64,000 nt of DNA from assembly GCF_044704955.1 (NCBI RefSeq), contig NC_091999.1, positions 10,602,001-10,666,000 of the forward strand, written 5' to 3'. Of the stretch, positions 24,930 through 37,849 are shown one piece after another; within the stretch, counting starts at the first letter, position 1; each line of letters opens with the position of its first letter. A program made the position numbers and the translations under genes. The notes below the pieces were generated by a model that saw only the letters and a list, made by a program, of their open reading frames with translations, searched no databases and had not been told where the DNA came from. Origin of the DNA: Pristiophorus japonicus (taxonomy: Eukaryota).

Positions 24930-25895
24930 GGGCCTCTCGTCCACCCACCGCCACTCCATATCTATGTAATCTTCTCCAGCCCCACAACCCGCCAAGATGT
25001 CTGCATTCTTCTAATTCTGCATCCTTGAGCATCTCTGATTATAATCGCTCCACCATTGGAGGCCGTGCCTTCTGCTCTCGAATTCCCTGCCTAAACTCAC
25101 TGCCTCTCTACCTCTCCTTCAAAACGCTCTTCAATACCGAACTATTTGAGCAAGCTTTTTGCCATCTGCCCTAATTTCTCCTTATGAGTCTATGCGTCAA
25201 ATGTTTTATCTCACAATACTAATGTGATGCATCTTGAGATGATTTACTACCTTAAGGGCGCTATAAAAACCCACATTGTTGTTGTTTGTTCACGAATAGA
25301 AAATGTCGTCGATCTCATATCAGGGATTAATAAACCACTTCCATAAAATTCGGTATCATTGTTAGTTCACCAGTGAACTGACCCGTTAGTGAAAGTTCAC
25401 TGGAGTCACGGTTAACTGCAGACTGTAGTAAAATCAACAGAATTATAGAGAATGAAATTACCCCTCAATAAATCTACACACTCTGGAGTTTAAAAGAATG
25501 AGAGATGATCTCATTGAAACAGATAAGATTCTTAAGGGAATTGACAAGATATGTGCTGAGAGGTTGTGGCCCCTGGCGGTAGAGTCCAGAACGACACGCC
25601 ACATCTCAGGATAAGGTGTCGGCCATTTAATACCGAGATGAGGAGGAATTTCTTCACTCGGAGGGTAGTGAATCTTGACAATTCTCCACATAAAAAAGCC
25701 TGTGGAAGCTGAGTCGTTGACTATATTCAAGGCTGAGGTCGTTCGAATTTTGGACTTGAGGTGAATGAAGGGATGCGGGGGGCAGGTGGGAAAGTGGAGT
25801 TGAGGTCGAAGCTCAGCCATGATCTGATTGAATGGCAGAGAAGGCTCAAATGGCCGTATGGCCTCCTCCTGCTCTTATTCCTTTTCTTCTTATGT
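24930..25895 (+). mobile_element. L2-like 3' end (to ~25290) and CR1 3' end (~25455-25895)
   Basis: ggccgtgccttc..aattccctgcc..aagggcgctataaaa..ttgttgttg tail; CR1 ctggagtttaaaagaatgagagatgatctcatt. Confidence 0.7.
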
Positions 25896-26643
25896 AAACT
25901 AAACGTTTTATTAATCCTGTGCTTCCCGGTTACATAAACTAGATTTGGGTTTCATTCCCGCCCCGGACTCTAAATGTGGAACCATTAACCTATAAGAACG
26001 TAGACTACAGCCCAGCTTGGATTTCCAGAAATGCCTCCCACACATCCCAGATGCTGAGTAGCCGCATTGCTACTGTCGCCTCTGTAAACAAAGTTTGGAT
26101 TTCTGCTGTTACTGCTGTGAGGCGCAGTTCCAGAGCCTCCATACATTCTTTAAAATAAGAGTTAATCAGACTCCACTGAATGGGTTGACTTCTCTGTGGG
26201 CTGCAGATACAGAGGTTCCATTAATTCTGAAAGGAAAGTTTCAGTCAGAGCGTCCTGAATGGGTAGAATCGTCGGTAGGGTAATGACCCAGAGGCTCCAC
26301 CCATTCTATTTGGAAAGGTTTATCTAGATATTGACTTGGTTCTAAACACCCAACGGCAGGAATGTCCCTTCCGAGAATCACTTTCACAAAGGGATGGGGT
26401 TCACCTCATTTCCCTCCACAAGAGAGAAACTTCCGAGCCATGAGGTCACTGGCATGTCCGGATGTGAATCGCGGCTGGACAAAGTCCATTTCCATCCAAT
26501 CCAAGAGCAGCAAACACACGTGACTGAGACCTTAATAGCGCATCGCTGACTTTACTCATCTGCCTGTTCAATGTTTTCACTCGGTTCGGGGTCTTCTGAT
26601 GCGACCTTTGTGCCACTTTCCTCTTGACATTGTAATTTCCAAG

Positions 26644-27110
26644 ATGTATTACTCGGTACAAACGAATTTATTGCCCGTTATTCAGCTGCTGCTAACATGT
26701 AGGTACAGGAGCTGACCTCAATAACCCGCAGTGTTTTTTATTCGCGTTGCTCCAGTGTTTTATTATCTGAATATTTTTACTGATCAATGTCTCTCGGAAC
26801 TAGTATTGCAATCTCCGGCTGCGATAACAGCTGGGAACAGAGATTTGGTGCAAATAACCTGCAGCTATGACACTTCCATCATTTACTCCATGCACTGGTA
26901 TGAACAGAAATCTAGTCAGGGACTCGAGTGGCTAATAATGCGAGCATCGGATGGCAAAAGGAGCCGGGCCCGATTTTAAGTGGATCGTTCTGCTGTGGAC
27001 ACATGCGGCCAATTGTCTTTGAGAAGTCGGACAGCGGCGATTCCGCTGCGTATTAATGTGCGACAGATTAACATACTGAGAATAAATTCAGCAGTCACTG
27101 TACAAAAACC
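26644..27110 (+). pseudogene. TCR V pseudogene (family B)
   Basis: Leader MYYSVQTNLL..; acceptor mutated (tactg); TAA at 26977; frameshift; YYC lost; RSS CATACTG-23-ACAAAAACC (27072-27110). Confidence 0.9.
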
Positions 27111-27789
27111 TCCATCCTGTTTACAGTCCCGTAACAGCTGCAGCGATCTCTTCAATAACATGGTGCAGGTAAAGCGGGTCAGAGCGAGAGCAGCAAACGA
27201 AAGCTGAGAGCGGGGCTGCCGCAGGCAGTGTTACCACAAGGCTTGTCTCTATAATTTCCAGTTGATAGCGGGTTTGATCAGACATACTGACAGTCACAAC
27301 ATAAAATGTTGGCCTGTGTAGCCAATCACTCAGTGAGTGCTGTCTTTGGTGTGAGGAAAGTTTTAGCATTGCTTACTTGTGGGATTGTATTCAGCAGGCC
27401 TGAGTCAATCACTTTACTGAGTGTTGGTTTATTTTAAGCTGGCATGTGACGACTCATCGAGAGCATTAGGTTCATTCTCCTGTGACATTCATGTTTATAC
27501 TTAAATATCCTTCTGCATTGCCCAATTCCAGTGATTCCTTTCCGTGTGTCGTTGCATTGACACAAACTGGTCCCCTTGCTCAGTGACAGAAACCGAGGCC
27601 CATACAGGTCGTGTTACATCTGCCTCTCAGTCATCAGCCAGGTTCCCTCTATAATATCATCTCACTCATCGATCAGCATTTAAATACATTTATATGTCTC
27701 TCTCTCTATATATATCTATATATAAAATAAAGGTAATTATGTGCTCGAGTGAATAGAACAAGTTCGAATCTACAAGGATTCGGTGTCAG

Positions 27790-28150
27790 CTGTTGAGGGT
27801 TCACATGTCAGTCCAGACACTTGAGCACATAATCAAATCTGATACTTCAGTGAAGTAGTCAGGATATGCTGAATTATTGGAGATGGGGTCTTTTGCATGA
27901 GATGTTAGTCCCGTCTACTCTCTCAGGTGTTGTGTCCTGGCCAATATTTATCCCTCAATCAATTTCACTAAAACAGGTTATCATAAGAATATTGTTCGTT
28001 GTGTGATCTTGCTGTGCATAGATTGCCTGTCGCGTTTCCTACATTACAACTGTAACGACATGTGTAATACTTAGTGTTACCATTGCAAAAAGGCTTTGTG
28101 CTCTCCTGAGGTCGGGATAGACGATATACAAATGCACTGTCTTCTTGCTT
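27790..28150 (+). mobile_element. Degenerate SINE (Deu-domain-like)
   Basis: gggttca..ccagacacttgagcacataatc..gtcttttgcatgagatgttag..gtcctggccaatatttatccctca..cgcgtttcctacattacaac. Confidence 0.55.
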
Positions 28151-28357
28151 TCGTTCTTCTCATTTCACTTGTGTCAGTAACATATATTTTTATGAGTAAA
28201 GGTAAATACGTCTGATAATTAACAGTACAATGTAAGGCCACAAATACAGGGACAGCTCAGATTTTCCCCTGATCACAATTTTCCCCTGACGCGCTGCTTT
28301 ATTGACCGACGCTCTTACAGTTTTTGTACAGGTCCAGCCCAGCTCCGTGTCTCTGTA

Positions 28358-28664
28358 GGTCTCAGTGCACAGTAATAAACTGCGGAGTCTGTCAGTTGTG
28401 TCTCAGACACAATCAGCGGGACGGTTCGACTCAAATCATTGAGCTTCGCTGAAAAATGGTCCACTGGAAATCTCTCCTTTTGCGCGCTGTATTTGCTTCT
28501 CTGCAGCAGATATTCTATGGACCCGCTGGGATTCTGACGATACCAGAATAGATAAAATATTCTCGCGCTTGCAGCTGTATAATTACAATGCAACTGGACA
28601 TCGTGTCCTTCATTTACTATGGTTCCAGCCGGTGTCTGTGAAACGGAGTCTCCTCGACAATATC
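28358..28664 (-). pseudogene. TCR V with open V exon but defective leader and heptamer
   Basis: GDSVSQTP..LHCNY..LFWYRQ..LTDSAVYYCALRP is intact; RSS TACAGAG-23-ACAAAAACT; the leader donor reads ttaagt and there is no clean in-frame leader. Confidence 0.88.
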
Positions 28665-29629
28665 CTGCAAGGGGCCAGAGTGATATTAAATTAATCAATA
28701 TCACTTCAGTGTGACTATGCCCCAGAATCGATCCGTCACCCCCAACACTTAACTGAGAAGTAACATCTGGCAGCAAAACAGAAATACATTTAACCACAGC
28801 TGCAACGCGTAGGTGCTTGCAACGACTGAATAAAACTTCCTTTAATGAACCTTCAGCGAGATCAATTCCTCACCTTCACCTCTTGTGATATGAAGGGAAA
28901 ACACCAAACGGTCCATGGCTTTAAGACCTGTGTCTGTCAAGGTCCATCATTAGTACCGGCGGGCCTGGCGAGTCTGTCTGTCATTTACCTGAACTCAGCC
29001 GCTTTCATTCCCTGTGGGATTTTGGCCAGTTTCGCGAAGCAGTGTTCAGTGTGAGTCAAGGTGCATGCTGATGGTCTTCACTTATGATCAATCTGTTGAT
29101 ATTCTTGTGTTCAGTGTAGTGATATAATAATTATAATGTATGATGCATATGTGCAACACAGTGTTGTGCAACTTGTGAACTTACCAGTTAAAAGAGCTGT
29201 AGCCGTGATAAACATATAAAAAGTAACATGCAACATGTTTGATGGCAGATTTCAACAGAACGAGTTGAACCTGAAAATTATTCTCGTCAAAATTGGGGAG
29301 ATGTTGATTAATATCCGGCCTCTCTGCTGATTGGCTCGTTCTTGACAGAGACAGCGGGTGATTTCCAATCAACTCAAGTGTCCTGTGTTCTCCAATTCAT
29401 CCAATCAGTTGACAGTTCTATTGTTCGCCATTTCAGCCAATCAGTTCCCTTTTTCTCCAATTCGTCCAATCACCTTACATCCCTTTATTCTCCAAGTCAA
29501 ACAATCTTCTCACTGCGCTTTGTCCTCCAATTCATCCAATTAGCTCACAGCTCGTTTGTTCTGTAATTCACGACGTCAGAGCGGGCAGCAAGAAAAGGAC
29601 TGAAACGATTTTCGCAACAGAGAACAACC

Positions 29630-29725
29630 TGGGGCTTAAACCCAACGTTGGACCTTTAACAGGGGATTAAACACAATGCTGGCCCTTTAACAGGGGATTA
29701 AACCCAATATTAACCCTTAAACAGG
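29630..29725. repeat. 31-bp tandem repeat x3
   Basis: ggggattaaacacaatgctggccctttaaca-like units. Confidence 0.75.
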
Positions 29726-30028
29726 GTAAGTATATGCGGTGGAGGCAGTGAAGAGCTATAGTTAACGTTGTTCTGTTATCAGTTCTAGCGACTCCCTTTA
29801 AAAGAGCTGCTCTCTGACTATTAGAAGCAGCTGATTCAAACGTGATATTGCATAGAATTTGACATAGTCTACTGCTGAGAAATTGGTAATTAGGCCAAAT
29901 CAGTCTTTTACTTTGGTTGATGTTCCACTATCATTTCTTAATCCAGGTCACAGATCTGATTCAGTGAGAGGAGATGAGAGTCTTTTGCTGGTTTTTGTAC
30001 GGGCTGACTCCGCCCCTGTAACAGTGTG

Positions 30029-30466
30029 GGGCACAGCGCACAGTAATAGACGGCAGAGTCAGAGACAAGAGCCCCGGCGATATTTAAAGGAACCGATTTC
30101 TTGTCTTGGTCCAAATCAGCAGAGATCCGGTCTGGGACGTCTGGAGACTGATCCCCTTTCCTCTTGCCGTATCTCTTCAGTAAATATCTCGGAGCGGCTC
30201 CGGGATACTGGATATACCAGAAGAGGTAGCGAAAGTTATCCGAGGTGGAGTAACTGCAGTTCAGTATTTTGGTCTGTCCCTCCAGAACTGTTAATTCTGA
30301 CGGATCCTGCGACACTGAATCTTTGCCACTCGTTCCTGTTAGAAAACACAGAATGCGTCAAAAGTCTGGGAGTGAATTTAAAGCATGAAACACACACTGA
30401 CCATCTAAACATAGACTCACCGGGCAACCCCACGATTATTATCAATAAGGAGTATAGGAAATACAT
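30029..30466 (-). CDS. TCR alpha/delta V segment, apparently functional (leader 30466-30421, V exon 30335-30029)
   Basis: MYFLYSLLIIIVGLP with gtgagt donor; KDSVSQDP..LNCSY..LFWYIQ..SDSAVYYCALCP; RSS CACACTG-23-ACAAAAACC (30028-29990). Confidence 0.95.
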
Positions 30467-31079
30467 AGTGTCTAGATTAGAGTCTGACAGAAAAAATTAG
30501 AATGTTCTAAATATGTGCGATATTAAATGTTAAACGAAAATCAGGGGCAGGCTTCACTTATTGCGAAATTTAGGGGCGTTTCCCAGGGACAGAATTGGCT
30601 GGTTTCTCAGAACTTTCTTTAGCTTTGGACCAATGTGTGTTAGTTGTGCCGAATTACTGCAGCATCTCTCCAAACTCTATCCTTGACTGATTGTGTGTGT
30701 CTTTGTCTCTCTTTATATATGTCTATTTAACTCGGTACCTCTACCCATGTCATTGGATCTCTCTCTCTCACTCTCTTTTGCAATCTCTCAGTCTACTTCT
30801 CTCTGTCTATTACTCTCATTCTTTTTCTACCTCTCTCTCATTAAGGTGAGATAAGGTGTAGAAATTCCTGCAGTCAATGCATCCCATTAATAGTTGCAGT
30901 CTTAAGAACATAGGTTACACACACACCAACCTTAACAAAAATACACACAATGTTTGATATCTTTGGAGGTTATTGACTTAAATTTATTTGTACTTTGCTT
31001 GAGATGCAAAGCAATTGAATAAGTGCAGAGAGCGCACCCTTGTGCCGAAAACAAGCCCCAAACAGTGCATTAGAAACAT

Positions 31080-31470
31080 GCACATGACCACAGACACAAG
31101 CACACCCACACCACAGACTTACACAACACTCAAATACACAAACTGAAACACACACACACACAGACTCACACACACACATACACAGACTCACACACACACA
31201 CAGACTCACACACACGCATACACCGACAGACACAGACATACACACATTCTCAAATACACACAGGAACACATACACACACATTCACACACACAGAAACACT
31301 CAAACACAAACGCACACTCTCTCTCGCTCATATTCAAGCATATGCTCCCACACTCATACACAGACTGACACACACACTCACACACACAGCCACACTCATA
31401 CACACACACACACTCAGACACATGCACACAAACACACAAACATAGAGAGACACACACTCAAACAATCAAA
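31080..31470. repeat. Imperfect (CA)n microsatellite
   Basis: CA-rich tract. Confidence 0.9.
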
Positions 31471-32779
31471 GAGACGCATGTCAGAATAAACATAGACGGG
31501 CACACAATGATTGATATCTTGAAGAGGATATTGATATGTTCATCTGTCAATATTTTGAAATGAATGAGGAACAGACTCGATGCAAACTGATCAAGAATTG
31601 GATTCGTTAGTTCTCAGCAATTTCCCAAAACTTTTAACAAACAGTCAGACAATTCCTGAGGATTGTCTGGCAAGCTGCAACCTCTCATCCCTCAGTCACA
31701 GGTTGCATAATTGTCATATCTTGCTTCTCTTTCTGGACACAATCAGACCAGCAGCGTACCCTCGGTGTGATCTACTTGCTGCTTTCTTTTACTGATGAGT
31801 ATTTGTCCCTGATCAGATAAAAACATAAATTTCACATTGATTTGGGCAGAAAATCGTCCACTGTTTTCAGATGCAACGGGGTCTCAATTTTCTCAACAGG
31901 TGCAGTCTATAAAGTAGGGGAAGTAAATGGAAACAGTTAATGTTGTAGAGGTATCAGTACAGGCTCCCAGTACAGGAGCTGCTCACTGACCATTAGATCT
32001 ACCCACTGCTGATCGAAAGGTTATTATAGCCAACCAGCGGGTCCTGGAGCATTTGAGCACAAAGACACGGTAAATTATACAAATGCCACCTATTATATGA
32101 ATGAAATTGGGAATGAATGACAAGTTTCAGCAGAATGGGAGGATGCAAGCAGAGGATCAGATGCTACCATTAAAATATTTACAGCATGTCATTAATAATA
32201 AAGTAACTGAACGATGTTGTCTATCTGCAACTCGACCTCACTCTGACCTGGTATCTGCCCACTGCCCTGTGGTGGTGGCTACCTGTAACGACAAGTTACA
32301 AATTCTGCCGTATTGCAGTTCATGAGGTCTGAGAACGAGGGAGGCCATTCGGGTTGTCTTGTCTGATCTATCCAGAGATATCCTAACTCCCACGCGTCAT
32401 TTTAGCCTCAAGCTTTTCCTTTAACTACGCAAGTATATTTCTCTCCACCACTCTATATTGCACACATTAATCACTCTGTGCGTGCGTGAAGAACTTCATG
32501 ACACCAGTCCTAAAATGAATTTTTATACATTGAATCCGTGCCCCCAGGTTCAACATCCACAGTTCAACTTAGGTTTTAATCTGGATACTCCTCTTGGGGT
32601 CATTCCAATCAGGCACTAGGATACAGTGCTATTTAAATCCTCTGTGCAACTCCTTCGTCATTCAGCTTCAGAGGAAGGGGTCATTGCGAGAGAAAGTGAG
32701 CAGCAGACGACTATTTCATTCTTCTTTCTTCCACTTTATCTGCACCGCCCACATCTTCCATTTGCTTCTCTCACTCTGA

Positions 32780-33290
32780 CCCGCCATGCCTGCCCCCAGC
32801 ATCGAAGCAGTGACCACACTTAATCAGCTCCATTGGGCAGGCCACATCGTCTGCATGCCTGACACGAGGCTCCAAAACAAGCGCTCTGCCCAGAGCTCCG
32901 ACACGGCAAGTGAGCCCCAGGTGGGCAGAGGAAATGCTTCAAGGGAACCCTCAAAGCCGCCATTAAATTTGCAACACCCTCATCGACACCTGTCCCAACA
33001 TCGCCCAATGTGGCGGAAAGCATCCGGGAAGGCGCTGAACTTTAATACTAAAGCAAAATACGACGGATGCTGGAATCTGAACAACTCCAGTTTCTCAAGC
33101 TGAAGCCAAGCGTCGACATTTGAAGGAGAAAGTGGCAACCCGGGCACCCCGACCTCCTGGTCCTCCAACTACAGTCTGCCACACCTGTGACAGAGACTGT
33201 AGGTCCTCCATTGGTCTCTTCAGTCACCTGAGAATTCCTTTTTTAGCGCTGAAGCATGTGTTCATTGACTCCGAGGGATTGCCAACGAGA
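32780..33290 (+). mobile_element. RTE-clade LINE 3' fragment
   Basis: QLHWAGHIVCMPDTRL and a terminal CHTCDRDCRSSIGLFSHLR zinc-finger-like motif. Confidence 0.75.
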
Positions 33291-33369
33291 CAAAGAAGAT
33301 TGGAGCGATTTCAGCCGCTGCTCCACGTTTGACAGTGCAGCCGGGCGGACATCTGTATTTCTGCTCAGA

Positions 33370-33460
33370 GAGCAGTGTTCCCGCACTGCAAAGTTAAAGA
33401 CTGAGCGAGTGTCATGTGGAATCGTCTCGGACCACTCCTCATCATTATATAAATATTACC
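33370..33460 (+). pseudogene. Orphan family C V leader remnant
   Basis: atgtggaatcgtctcggaccactcctcatcattata matches the leader at 36078; no V exon follows. Confidence 0.6.
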
Positions 33461-33837
33461 TTCCCACCAAAAATCCATTCTCCCCCTCATTGCTGTAACA
33501 CAGGCGTTATTATTGTTCAATTGATGGTGGGAATGATGGTGGATCAAATGCATTTTCTCTTTTCTCCAATTTGCAATATGCTTATGATCTGAATTGCAAA
33601 CACTCGACACTCTGTCCTTTCCTTGTTTGAACATCTGTTTTCAGAACACAATCACGGAGATTCTGTCACCCAGACGCTGTCTTCACCCAGACAGAAGGAG
33701 AAGGGGAGACTTGTTGTTGGTTTTGTTTTCTCTTACTTTTAAGAATCTCCCTGTGACACTTAATGTGGAAAATTATTGTTTCTAATTATTGGTGTGAGAG
33801 CGCCTTCTGGTGCGCAGCAACTGGAACTCTCAGTTTG

Positions 33838-34380
33838 GGTTTTTGTACGGGATCCACTCTGATTCTGCAGCAGTATGGGGCTCATGGCACAGAAATAAAC
33901 GGCGGTGTCAGAGGTCAGGGCTTTTCCAATCATTAGCTCGGTAATCTTGGCAATTGTATTAAATGTAGAATAGAATTGATTAGTGAAGGCAGGGTTCAGG
34001 TCTACATTCTCTCCAATAAAATGGACCACATACTGTGGAGGCTTCCCAGGGTGCTGAATGTAACAGAACACATAAGGTGCAGTATCGCTGGTTTTCAAGG
34101 TGCAGGTTAGTGTGACATTACTTTCCTCCTCAACCATCATTTTAGGGACTGGCTATTCCACTTTGTCTTGTTGGCTCCATTCTAACAGAAAATAATGGAA
34201 TGAATCATCATGATCATCATCACCTTCATCTCAACCAACATAATCATAATCATCAGTATCATTTTACCAATAATAACACCTGAGTTACAGTAGTCAGGGG
34301 AAGAAATGATTTTTAATAGGTAAGAAATACTTACTTAGAAGTAATATAACAATGAGCATCTGTGCAAGACGGTTCCGCAT
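33838..34380 (-). pseudogene. TCR V pseudogene (family C; leader 34380-34335, V exon 34181-33878)
   Basis: MRNRLAQMLIVILLL with gtaagt donor; in-frame TAG after DKVE; Trp41 changed to Cys; RSS CATACTG-24-ACAAAAACC. Confidence 0.92.
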
Positions 34381-34643
34381 GAATTTCCCTGAGTGCATAA
34401 CTCTGCCGTCCATGAAATACTCTGTTCGAGCAGAATTACAGCTCCCCGCGCCACTGCACTGTTGATCCCACCAATGGCAACAGGGAGCAGCGGCAGCAAT
34501 CTCTCCATTAACAAAGAGCTGGCAAGGCGGGTCTGAGTGAGATCGGAAAATGGAAGCTGTAGGCGGGGCTGCCATTGTCAGTGTTGCTGCAAAATTTGCC
34601 TCTCGAATTTCCGGTTGATAACGGCGAGAAACATGTAACCACG

Positions 34644-34657
34644 GCGCCCTCTGATGG
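34644..34657 (-). promoter_or_regulatory. CTCF-binding-like motif upstream of V
   Basis: CCATCAGAGGGCGC, close to the CCASYAGRKGGCRS consensus. Confidence 0.6.
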
Positions 34658-35149
34658 TGACTCTGAGGACTTCACACAAGTCAGGAAAATGGGCAGAGTA
34701 AAGTGTGAGTTCATCGAAGGTGCGGTTTCCAGCGGCCTATTGTTTGCAGACATTGTATATTGTTTCAGGCAATTCATCTGTCTAAATAGGCAGAAGGGAA
34801 ATGTGAGTGAATGTAAAGAAAAGGTTATTTTACTTTATTTCTGAACATGTTTATGGCTTTCCCTTACCTCTTAGCGTTGTCCTTCTCTCGTAACTTATTA
34901 CCTTCCTTCATTTCTCATTCCCCCTTTTCTCATTTTCTGTCCTCTTCACTCTCATTATTGCACGGCTTTGTCTCTTTGTCTTTCTCATCCTTTCTTTCTT
35001 ACTTTCACTTTCTTTTCCTCTATCTATGTTTCCAACTCTTTTCATTGCTCACTTTCTTTATATATTTCTCTTCTCTATTTCCAGATTGTTCTCTAATTCT
35101 ATCAGCTGTTTCTGTGCTGTACATTCCATGTAATTCTTACATTTTGTCG

Positions 35150-35466
35150 AAAGCTGCACCGAGATTGGCCGAGATTTCTCTACCTGCCTGAGACTTTGCA
35201 GTCGAAGGAAATCCTTTCAGAATCCAGGGCGGGTTCAGCACGACCGACAACATCTGTTGGTACAGCCGGCTGTTGAGGGCGGCCCCGAGATACACCCATT
35301 GTGGATTCAAAGCAGAATGCCACCGAGTCCTGTTTGAGATTCACACCGACCGGGATCAAAGTCTGAGCACTTTCGGCTTCGGCCAGGCAGAGTTTGTGGA
35401 TACCGGAACCTATTGCTATGCTGCTGGCCACAGTGCAGTGAAAACCCCCGCTCTCGTACAATTTCT
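35150..35466 (+). pseudogene. Degenerate TCR V pseudogene
   Basis: AVEGNPFRIQGGFSTTDNICWYSR..AAPRY..EFVDTGTYCYAAG with both canonical Cys lost; CACAGTG-22-ACAATTTCT at 35429-35466. Confidence 0.75.
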
Positions 35467-36077
35467 CCTCTCTGAGCAAAGCCTGGTTAGATTGGGTCAC
35501 AGTCAATTCGGTCCAAAAACGGCCTGTTCAGTCAAAGGGCGATGGTCAATCCGCAATTTGATTATTCAATATAAATTAAGATGAAATTCCTTATGATTTC
35601 GCATTTCAGCTGATTAATGTTATATATTTCCGAACAGTTTTGTGCTCTTTCCCATCGGTTATTGAGCACCTTGTTTTATCCCACTTAACTGTTGAAGTTT
35701 TTGGTAACTGTGAATAATGTGTAATTTTGCAATTGCTGTCGCCAATCTGCTTGACCTGAATTTGAAATAAATGTGCAATTAACACAGCTCTTATCCAGAG
35801 GAAGTATTGTATAATTTGCGAAGGAGACATTATTCTTAATTCTGTTCTCACAAATGGATGCTACGTATGACAACACTGCCCGTGACAGCCACGCCCACAG
35901 CTTCCGTTTGCTGCTGTCACTTTGCCCCGCCTTGCCTGCCCTGTGTAATTGTTGAGATCGCTGCCGGTGTTCCCTGCTTTACATTGGTTAGAGCAGCAGT
36001 GCAGTGGAGCAGGGATCTCTATTGCTGCTGCGACAGATGATTTCCCGGACTGCAGAGTTACAGACTCAGGGAGTATC

Positions 36078-36575
36078 ATGTGGAACAATCTCGCACCACT
36101 CCGCATCATTATATTACTTCTCAGTAAGTATTTCCTTGGCAAAAATAATAATTCTGCCACTGATGTTATTTTGTGCAAATTGATAATGAACATGACAATG
36201 CGATGATGACAATCACTATTATTTTATTTTAGAATGGAGCCAACAAGACACAGTGCAACAGTCGGTTCTCGGAATGATGGATGAAGAGGAAAGTAATGTG
36301 ACAATAAACTGCACCTTGAAAACCAGCAATCGTAGCCCTTCTGTTTTCCGGTAGACTCAGCATCCCGGGCAGCCGTCACAGTACGTGTTTAAACTTATTG
36401 GAGCGACAGGAAACCGAAACCCGACTTCACTGACCGATTCTCTTCTGCGTTTCATAACATATGAAAAATTACCGAGCTAACAATCAGCAAGGCCTTGATC
36501 TCAGACATCGCTATTTATTTCTGTGCCATTAGCCACACACATGTGCAAAGACATGGCGGATCCCATACAAAAACC
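36078..36575 (+). pseudogene. TCR V pseudogene (family C; leader 36078-36123, V exon from 36233)
   Basis: MWNNLAPLRIIILLL with gtaagt donor; WSQQDTVQQ..INCTLKTS..FR* stop; frameshift; YFCAIS; nonamer ACAAAAACC at 36567-36575. Confidence 0.9.
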
Positions 36576-37849
36576 CACAGTGGGAGTTCCAGTCGGTGCT
36601 GACCAGAGGGCGCTCTCACACTGATAAACAGAAGTGCTAATTCAGCCTCCACAGTGAGATTCAGAGGGACATTCTTAAAATTCAAATAAAACACAATTCT
36701 TAACAAGAACCGGTGACGTTCACCGGTGGAATTACAATAGCTGATGATTTTAAAGCACATTTAAAATAGAAATGCACTGCGCAAAGACATCTGTGGCACA
36801 TTTTATTTCAATGCCCTTTCCGGGCATGCCTGTCCATCTCATCTCTTGTCTCCAGTCTTTATCCATAATTGTTTGAGATCTGTTCTTCCTTGTTTTAGTT
36901 TAACGATGTAAAACCTTTGTTTCAGCTCATCTCTCTGTTTCTCTTGCTGCGGTTATTTCTCTGTCAACTCTATTTCAATGTCTAACTTTTTCACTGTTTC
37001 TGTGTCTCCCCACTCCATCTGATTCTCACTGTATGCATCTCATTGGCTCCGTGTCTGTGTCTGCCTACCTCCCTCTTTATCTGTCTCTGCGTCTCTCATC
37101 ATGTCCCTTTTTCTGAATCTCTCTCGTTCCCTCTCACCGTTCTTCGCTCTGTCTCTCTCTCTGTCTCAATCTCTCATATTTTTCACTCTCTGATTATCTC
37201 TCACTCTCTTCCCCTCTATTTATTTCATTCTGTTTCTCTATCTATTTCTCTCCATCTGTCTCTCCCGAAATATCTCGTTTACATTACATTAGTACCTGTC
37301 TGAGTTATGACTGCACTAAATCAACTCTCTGGTTATATTACTCTTGACACTGTCATATCGATTGAATGAGGCAGATAAAATGACGTTTTCAGGCGTGTCG
37401 TAGTGTGCTGGTTCTGCAACTCAACAAATAATCTCTAGGTGTGAGTTAATAATCTAGAGTTCACTCGTTCATCTTCTACTATGGTAGTTTAGAAATTTGA
37501 ATTCAGGTGTTTTATAAATAAACAAGTCGCATTTATCAGTAAAAGTGACCGTGAAACTCGGATTGTGGTAAAACCCCAACTACATTACTAACATCCTTAA
37601 TTGTCAAGGAAAATAGCTGTCTTTTCTGGCTCTGTCCCTTATGGGCCTCCGGTGCCAGAGACAACGTGGTTGTCTCTTGAATGTTCGATGAAGTGGCCCA
37701 GTGAGGCACTCAATTTTATCAAACGGGTGCAAAGAGCAGAAATGCAGTAGTCCAAGAAATAGAACCACGATCAACTTAACAAGGGAAATCTGGGGAATGG
37801 GCAATAAATACTGGACTCCTCAGTGGTCTCACGAGAATTAATAAGAAAG

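Noticed and set aside
23986-25032. Overlapping ORFs of 100-170 aa
   Set aside because: They arise from the 33-bp and CT repeats.
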